From NCBI RefSeq assembly GCF_009914755.1, contig NC_060935.1: DNA of 64,000 bases. One strand, 5' to 3'. The stretch is from the human T2T-CHM13v2.0 reference genome, Homo sapiens. Below the pieces are notes generated by a model. That model did no database searches. It was not told the origin of the DNA and worked only from the letters and a program-made list of their open reading frames with translations. Positions within the stretch are counted from its first letter, which is position 1; each line of letters starts with the position of its first letter. Below are positions 57,199-64,000 of the stretch, in pieces. The position numbers and the translations under genes are program-made.

Positions 57199-58875
57199 TA
57201 TCACATTTTTTAACTACTCATTTGTTGATGGGCATTTGGGCTGGTTCCATATTTTTACAATTGCAAATTGTGCTGCTATAAACGTGTGTACAATTGTCTT
57301 TTTCATATAATGACTTCTTTTCCTCTGGGTGGATACCTAGTAGTGGGATTGCTGGATCAAACAGTAGGTCGACTTTTAGTTCTTTAAGGAATCTCCTTAC
57401 TGTTTTAAGTAGTTGTTGTACTAGTTTACATTCCCACCAACAGTGTAAAAGTGTTCCCTTTTCACTGCATCCATGCCAACTTCTATTTTTTTTTAATTGT
57501 TTGATTATGGCCATTCTTGCAGGAGTGAGGTGGTATGCACCGTGGTTTTGATTTACATTTTCCTGATAATCAGTGATGTTGAGCATTTTTCCATATGCTT
57601 GTTGGCCTTTTGTGTATCTTCTTTGGAGAATTGTCTGTTCATGTCCTTAGCCCACTTTTTGATGGGATTGTTTGTTTTTTTTTTCTTGCTGATTTGTTTG
57701 AGTTCTTTGTAGATTCTGAATATTAGTCCTTTGTCAGATGTATAGCTTGTGAAGATTTTCTCCCACTCTGTGGGTTGTCTGTTAACTCTGCTGATTATTT
57801 ATTTTGCTGTGCAGAAGCTCTTTAGTTTAATTAAGTCCCATCTACTTATCTTTGTTTTTGTTGCATTTGCTTTTGGGTTCTTGGTCATGAAGTCTTTGCC
57901 TAAGTCAATGTCTAGAAGGATTTTTCTGATGTTATCTTTTAGAATATTAATGGTTTCAGGTCTTAGATTTAAGTTTTTCATCCATCTAGAGTTGATTTTT
58001 GTATAAAGTGAGAGATGAGGATCCAGTTTCATTCTTCTACATGTGGCTTGCCAATTATCTCAGCACCATTTGTTGAAAAGGGTGTCCTTTCCACACTGTA
58101 TGTTTTTATTTGCTTTGTCAAAGATCAGTTGGCTGTAAGTATATGGCTTTATTTCTATGTTCTCTATTCTGTTCCATTGGTCTATGAGCCTATTTTTATA
58201 CCAGTATCAGACTGTTCTGGTGACTATGGCCTTATAGTATAGTTTGAAATTGGGCAATGTGATGCCTCTAGATTTGTTCTTTTTGCTTAGTCTTGCTTTG
58301 GCTATGTGGGCTCTTTTTTGGTTCCATATGAATTTTAGGATTGTTTTTTCTAGTTCTGTGAAAACTGATGGTGGTATTTTGATGGGAATTGGATTGAATT
58401 TGTAGATCGCTTTTGGCAGTGTGGTCATTTTCACAATATTGATTCTACCCATTCATGAGCAGGAATGTGTTTCCATTTGTGTCATCTATGATTTCTCTCA
58501 GCAGTGTTTTGTAGTTTTCCTTGTAGAGGTCTTTCACATCTTTGGTTAGGTGTATTCCTAAGTATTTTATTTTTCTTGCAAGTATTGTGAAAGGGGTTCA
58601 GTTCGTGATTTGATTCTCAGCTTGGTCTCAGTTGGTGTATAGCAGAGCTATTGATTTGCGTACATTGATTTTGTATCCTGAAAGCTTTGCTGAATTCATT
58701 TACCAGTTCTAGGAGGTTTTAGGTTGAGTCTTTAGGGTTTTCTAGGTATACGATCATATCATTAGCCAACAGTAGCCCTTTTGTCTTGTTCCAGTTCTCA
58801 GGGGGAATGCTTTCAACTTTTCCTCTTTCAGTATAAGGTTGGCTTGTCACAGATGGCTTTTATTACCTTAAGGTA
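56729..58875 (-). mobile_element. 5'-truncated L1PB1-like LINE-1
   Basis: tttcaataggtttttggggaacagatggtgtttggttac 3' end; degenerate ORF2 pieces; 18-bp TSD tgagatgtggtaa[t/a]tttt at 56711-56728 and 58876-58893. Confidence 0.93.
57094..57200. repeat. Compound (TG)/(TA)/(CA) microsatellite inside L1PB1
   Basis: Direct reading of the sequence. Confidence 0.95.
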
Positions 58876-59893
58876 TGAGATGTGGTAAATTTTGAGATGT
58901 CTATTAAACATCCAAATGAAGATGTCTGCATAACAGTTGAAAATACGTGTCTGGAGTTTAAGAGAGAGGTGAATGAAAACATCTCACTATAAAAAACAGA
59001 GGAGAAATCCTAGGGTTTTCTCTATTTGTAATTTAATAACTCCTGGTCTTGACCCTATCAGCTCCAGGGCAAAGACCTGAAGATGAAAAGTAATGGCGTG
59101 TTTGAGACACTAAAAGATACTCAGTGTGGGTGAATGTGGAATGTGGGGGGAAAATGGATCAAGAGGATCATAATTAGCTTGGACTTTGTTCAGGTGAGAA
59201 TAGGAGGCCATAAAAGGGTTTAAAGGAGAGAAGATGTGTGCTTTAGCGAGAGGACTCAATCTGTCATGAAGACTAAATTGAAGAGCAAGGCTGTAGGCAA
59301 GAGGCCTGACCAGAAGCTGCTTCAGTAGCTCAGGTGAAAAAGACTGGAGGCTTTTACCAAGGCAGTGGGAAAAGATGGAGATAAGCAAGTGGGTTCCAGT
59401 TATATTTGGATTTAGAATCAGCAGGGCTTAGGGAGTGATTGGAAATAAAGGGTGGGCAAAGAGTGTGAAGGGAATTGAGGGTTCCAGGTTTCTGGCTTAG
59501 ATGGCAGTGCCACTTACCAAAATGGAGATGAAGGAAGAGAAGCTGATTTGGTAAGGCCGAGGGTGAGTTTAGTTTTGCATATATTGTGCTCAAGGTGACT
59601 GGAAAATCCAAACTATACAGTTGAGTGTGTGCATCTTAAACCCCTGGGTAAAATCTGAACTGTGCATATTTGGGATACACACACAATACACACACCCACA
59701 CAAAACAAAGAGTGTGTGTGCGTGTGTATGTGTTGTGTGTGCATATCCCAAACATGTGCAGATGAGGTCATCCAGGGCTAGTGTAGAGCATGCAAAGACA
59801 AAAAGACAAAACCCCAAGGAACCCTACATTATCCATATGCAAGTCTAATTCATCTTTTTAACAACCCCATGAGTTAAATTTTATCTTTTCTGA

Positions 59894-60592
59894 TGCAAAT
59901 CAATGAGAATGACTGAAGTGAGTCACAATCATTTCAGAGGTTTATTTTGCCAAGGTTGAGGACATACCTAAGAAAAAGGAACACAAAACCACAGGAACAT
60001 CTGTGATCTGTGCTTTTTCCAAAGAGGGTTTGGGAACTTCAGCTTTTAAAGGGGAAAGAGTGGGCAGTAGGGGAAAGAGAAGTGAAAAAAGAAGGAGAAG
60101 GTTAGATAAAAGGGGGAAGCAGTGTCATTGTTTTGAGTCTTTGATCAGCCTTCACTGAATCCATGTTTTACATGTAAAAGGAGGGGATCGAGGAAGAGTC
60201 AGTTATGCATTCATCTCATGCTCTGTGAATCTGCATTGTTACATAAGATGAAGTAAACATAGAGTAGAGGAAGCAGTCAAACATGCATTCATCTCAGGTG
60301 AATGGAGAGATGACTTCTGGTTCTGTCCTTGGTTCTATATCCGTGAAGATAAGCTGTTAATTTACATTGTCAAGGTGAAATTCAACAGAACTGATTTAGG
60401 GTAAAGATCTTGGGGCCCACAAGGAATTGCCTTGTGAGCAAATTGTGAGGGAGGTATGTAGCCTTTTATCTTTGTAACTATCTATTTAAGAACAAAATGG
60501 GGGGAAGTTTGGATTGACTCAGTCCCCAAGTTTGACCTTTCCCTTTGGCATAGTGAGTTTGAGGGTCCTGAGATTTTAATTTTCCTTTCACA
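59894..60592 (-). mobile_element. MER4-family ERV1 solo LTR
   Basis: Reverse complement begins TGTGAAAGGAAAATTAAAATCTCAGGACCCTCAAACTCACTATGCCAAAGGGAAAGGTCAA; ~700 bp; splits a MIR; flanks ctga / ctgt. Confidence 0.85.
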
Positions 60593-61697
60593 CTGTTTTC
60601 TCCACAGCTGAATGATGAAACAACCATAGGCATTTCCCAGTTCCCGGCCTCAGGAGGCCTATTTGTGTAACATCTGGGACCCTTTGCCAAATCAGCTTAC
60701 ATGTGGGTTATACATTTATTACACGAGGCATCCCTGCTGTGTGTAAAGCACATGAAGAAATCTTGAATACTGTCATGAAGCCTCCTTAAAAATGCTAGTA
60801 TGAAGTATCCTACACAGGTTAAAATTAGAACCCTCCCTCCCATTTTTGCAATCTTTGGGTAAGGATATTTGGGCTGACACTGCAGTTTAGATTGAAAGCC
60901 AAGAAAGTTATCAACATGGTAAAAGTCAAGTTATAGGACCCCAGAGATCAGACAGGACGTGGAAGTTTTCATACATGAAAATAGTCTTTGGTCCACAAAG
61001 GTGAGAAAAGTAATAAAATTCCCACAGGTTTCTTCTAGTAAGATAATTGGTCAGAAGAAAATATCACAAATGCAAAGTATTGTGCTATTATTTTAGCACC
61101 TTTCTTGTAGGAATACATAGGAAGAAATGTAAAATATTCCTATAGAATCTTTAGAGAAGCTTTCCATGTGGGCTGATCCCAAGTACTAGGACAGAATACA
61201 GGCTTTTGAAAGGAGCTTTTAAAAATAATAGATAAGTGTTTTTTCTTTTGAAAATTGTTATATTGTGTGGTTTTAAAATATTTAAAATCTCCAAACAGAA
61301 ATCCACTGAAGTGCAATAATTTTATTGTAGGATAGACTGAAAACAATATTTAACCCAGCAACTGGGCATCAAAGTGAGAAAGATTATATGCTAGAATGGC
61401 ACAGGGAACGTGTTCCATGGTCTGCATTGCTGACTGCCACAGAACGCCTTGGGAGCAGGCTTGAGGCTTTCAGTGTCATTATGTAAGTACTCATAGACCA
61501 CTTAGCCATGAGATATGACTTGTACATTTATATAAAGGAGAAAAGAAAGTCATTTTCCAAGTTAGTTTCCACAGCAACGATATTCCATATTTTCTTCTTC
61601 TGTGTCTAAACATGAGCATGCCTCAACTAGGGGGTGGAATATAATTCTTGCAAAATACCAGTTAAGACCAACCATGAGTGTGAAAGCTTCAGGGATC

Positions 61698-62335
61698 ACA
61701 TTCATTCAACAAGCACTGATTACAAGCCTACCCTAGACCAGGAACTGTGGGAGACCTTGGAGATGTAGGGAGGAAGAAGCCCCAAGGTCTGCCCTCTAGA
61801 TCCTTGTGTGCAATGAGAAAGAGCCAGATAGAAGGATGAATTAATAGAATGTGATAAAGTGCTATAATGGAGATACGTTTGGAGTATTAGGAGGGGGCAA
61901 TTAACAGCCCCAAGAAGTCATGGACATTTGACCTAGATTTTGAATTTGAAAGAGGTATTTGACCTTGATCTTGAATGATCAATAAACTTTTGCAAATTGG
62001 GGAGGAAAGACGGGAAAGTGGGCAATTAAGACAAAGACAAATGTATGTTCAAAAACATACAAACTGAACAAATAGAGGTATGGAAGAGCAAAATCATTGA
62101 GAAAAGACAGGGTGGAGGGGGTGAGGAAGAGGCTATGAAGTAGGTTGAGGCTGTTTGGGAAGCATAATATGTGCCTAACTAAAGTGTAAGGATTTGATCT
62201 TGTAGATGATGAGAAACCACCAAACCTAATAACGCAGAGGCGAGATCAGTTTTATGCTATTAGAATATTCACATGAGCTGCAGAATAGACAATGAAAATA
62301 ATTGAAAGAGTTGGGAAGAATGAAGGCAGAGTGAT
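61698..62335 (-). mobile_element. L2 3' region
   Basis: cattcattcaacaagcactgattacaagcctac...ggatttgatcttgtagatgatgagaaaccac. Confidence 0.7.
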
Positions 62336-62489
62336 CCCCCTAAGATTTCATAGTTTATCTCAGGGTTTGAGAATGTACTGGGATGTAAAAACATGTGCAT
62401 ATGCTTTGGATCCTAATAGAGTACTCAGCAAAAGTTAGTTCTCTCTTTCCCTCCCCATCTTGTTTAACCCCATACTTGGCAGCTGAGCT

Positions 62490-62645
62490 ACTGTTAATCC
62501 TTTGCTGAGATTTTGCAGAGGAGGATTTTAGGCATGAAGAGAAAAATTCGTGGCCCAAAGTTACAGAGCTAGGAAATGGCAGGGCTAGAATTTGAACCCA
62601 GGCATTCAGACACCAGAGGCAGGGTGAGTAATCACCACACTGTTA
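62490..62645 (-). mobile_element. MIR SINE
   Basis: attttgcagaggaggat...cccaaagttacagagctaggaaatggcagggctagaatttgaacccaggc. Confidence 0.75.
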
Positions 62646-63953
62646 CCTTTAGCTAAGTGGGAGATTTGTTGTAAGGATTAAGTGAGACGATATATATTTC
62701 TTGCTGAGATGATGATATAGTTAGCCATTTGACTGAATCCTTACTCCTCCCCCAAAACCTGTCCTCCTGGTCTGTGACCTTAATCTGGTCAGTTCCCATT
62801 TTTCAGGGTCCCACATCAGCCCTCATAGTTCTGTACTTACCTTCATCCCAAGGTTAGAATTGCTCTCTACAGTCTTTGTTGCAGTTTCTTTTCTAATTTC
62901 AGGTCCCAACACCTTCTCTCCCATGTGTTCTCATGTAATACCCCTCTCAATGGCCCTTTGTGAAATGCCTGGCCCTCTTCATATAGATCCTGGTACTCTT
63001 TCCCCCTGAAGTAAGTTTCCAAAGTGGGAATACCACAGAGCCTCTCTTGACCAGAGATCTTGCTTGTTAAATAGATATTAATCAATGTTGCTGAGATGCC
63101 ACTCTACCTAAAACTGCCCCACTCAAAATTCTGAGATTTGTGACCCAAGAGGATCCAGTCTGGTGACCAATTCAATTCTCTCTCTCTCTCTCTCCTCTCT
63201 CTCTCCCTGTCGGACTTAAACTAGAGACTGAGATACTTAGTCCATCTGAGATGCTAGAACTTGGAAGTCAGGTGGAGCAGAAGCTTGGGCTCTGCTCCTG
63301 GACCTGCTGGAGCTGGACTACGGAGGGGAGAGTTGAGGGATTGTGCAGCCCCTTACCCTTGGTTCCTGGCTTTAATGGATGTTGGCTCTCTATAAAGCCC
63401 TTGGGATCTGAGAGACATTCACTATCTGCTTCCATTGAGCTTTCCTTCTGGGGTTGTGTCATTTTGAGTGGGTTTCTGTTTCTCACATTCAAATATTTCC
63501 TAACTCTGCTATAGAACTATGAGTGGTGTTGTCATATATGAGTTGTGTGCGGGCTCAATTGTAAACCCCATCAGAGCCAGATAAAAAGAATTTAGGGGGA
63601 GTGATGGAATCCATATTGAGACTTGGCATCCAAAGTAGGTTTCTTTTCTTTGCTCATAGCTTGTAACGATGTTATAAAAGAGGCTGCTTCTGTTGCCACC
63701 TAATTTTCTTTTTTTTAACCTCTCGGGGTAGACTATAACAAAGGACTCTAGAAAAACAATTATCCACTTTTATGTGGCTTAAAATATTTGGCCAGCCTTA
63801 CCCTAACAATTTTGGCTAATATGAGAGCAAATTGTGGAGACTAATTATTTAAAGTCCTAAGAATTATAGTACTAAGGAACATACACATAGAGTGGGGGCC
63901 ACCAGTAAATTTTAGGATTCAGAAGCTGCGTCTGTTTGTCATTGTTATAAGCC

Positions 63954-63964
63954 TGTGTGTGTGT

Positions 63965-64000
<36 letters not shown>
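63954..64000. repeat. (TG)n-CG-(CA)n microsatellite running off the window end
   Basis: Direct reading of the sequence. Confidence 0.97.

Larger units (their letters stand above)
56510..59830 (-). mobile_element. L2 element(s) split by the L1PB1 insertion
   Basis: cattcatttaccaaacatttattgaatg at ~56515; L2 body resumes after 58894 (gagatgtctattaaacatccaaatgaagatgtc; ccaggtttctggcttagatgg). Confidence 0.65.

Noticed and set aside
58770-58785. ~110-nt internal deletion in L1PB1 ORF2
   Set aside because: No clear splice-site signature could be established; most likely post-insertion decay
60185-60300. Internal direct repeat gaggaag..agtca...atgcattcatctca
   Set aside because: Appears to be part of the MER4-family LTR structure rather than a locus-specific feature

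Overview
Primate (human or great-ape-like) non-coding genomic DNA, either intronic or intergenic, and rich in repeats: L1PA/L1PB/L1M, Alu, MIR, L2, MaLR/ERV LTRs and hAT DNA transposons. No host protein-coding exon can be supported. The only real coding sequences are LINE-1 ORF2 remnants, one of which is still open for 651 aa. The most informative structure is at 7834-11164. It reads as ONE young L1PA2/3 retrotransposition event carrying a ~1 kb 3' transduction, with a twin-priming inversion breakpoint inside the transduced flank. Support: a target-site duplication (TSD) around the whole 3.3 kb, a perfect 29-bp inverted duplication, and a new AATAAA plus poly(A). Other notable items: a twin-primed L1PA3 with a ~420-nt deletion; an L1PA5/6 nested in a FLAM tail with a short 3' extension; two tailless small-RNA retropseudogenes (5' half of tRNA-Gly(TCC) and 5S rRNA nt 1-90); three L1s of different ages all 5'-truncated within ~35 nt of the same ORF2 position; a candidate microexon; and several candidate enhancers. 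I did not find a new biological system and could not identify the locus. Repeat subfamily names come from recalled consensus sequences and need RepeatMasker/Dfam confirmation. Boundaries of old repeats are approximate.
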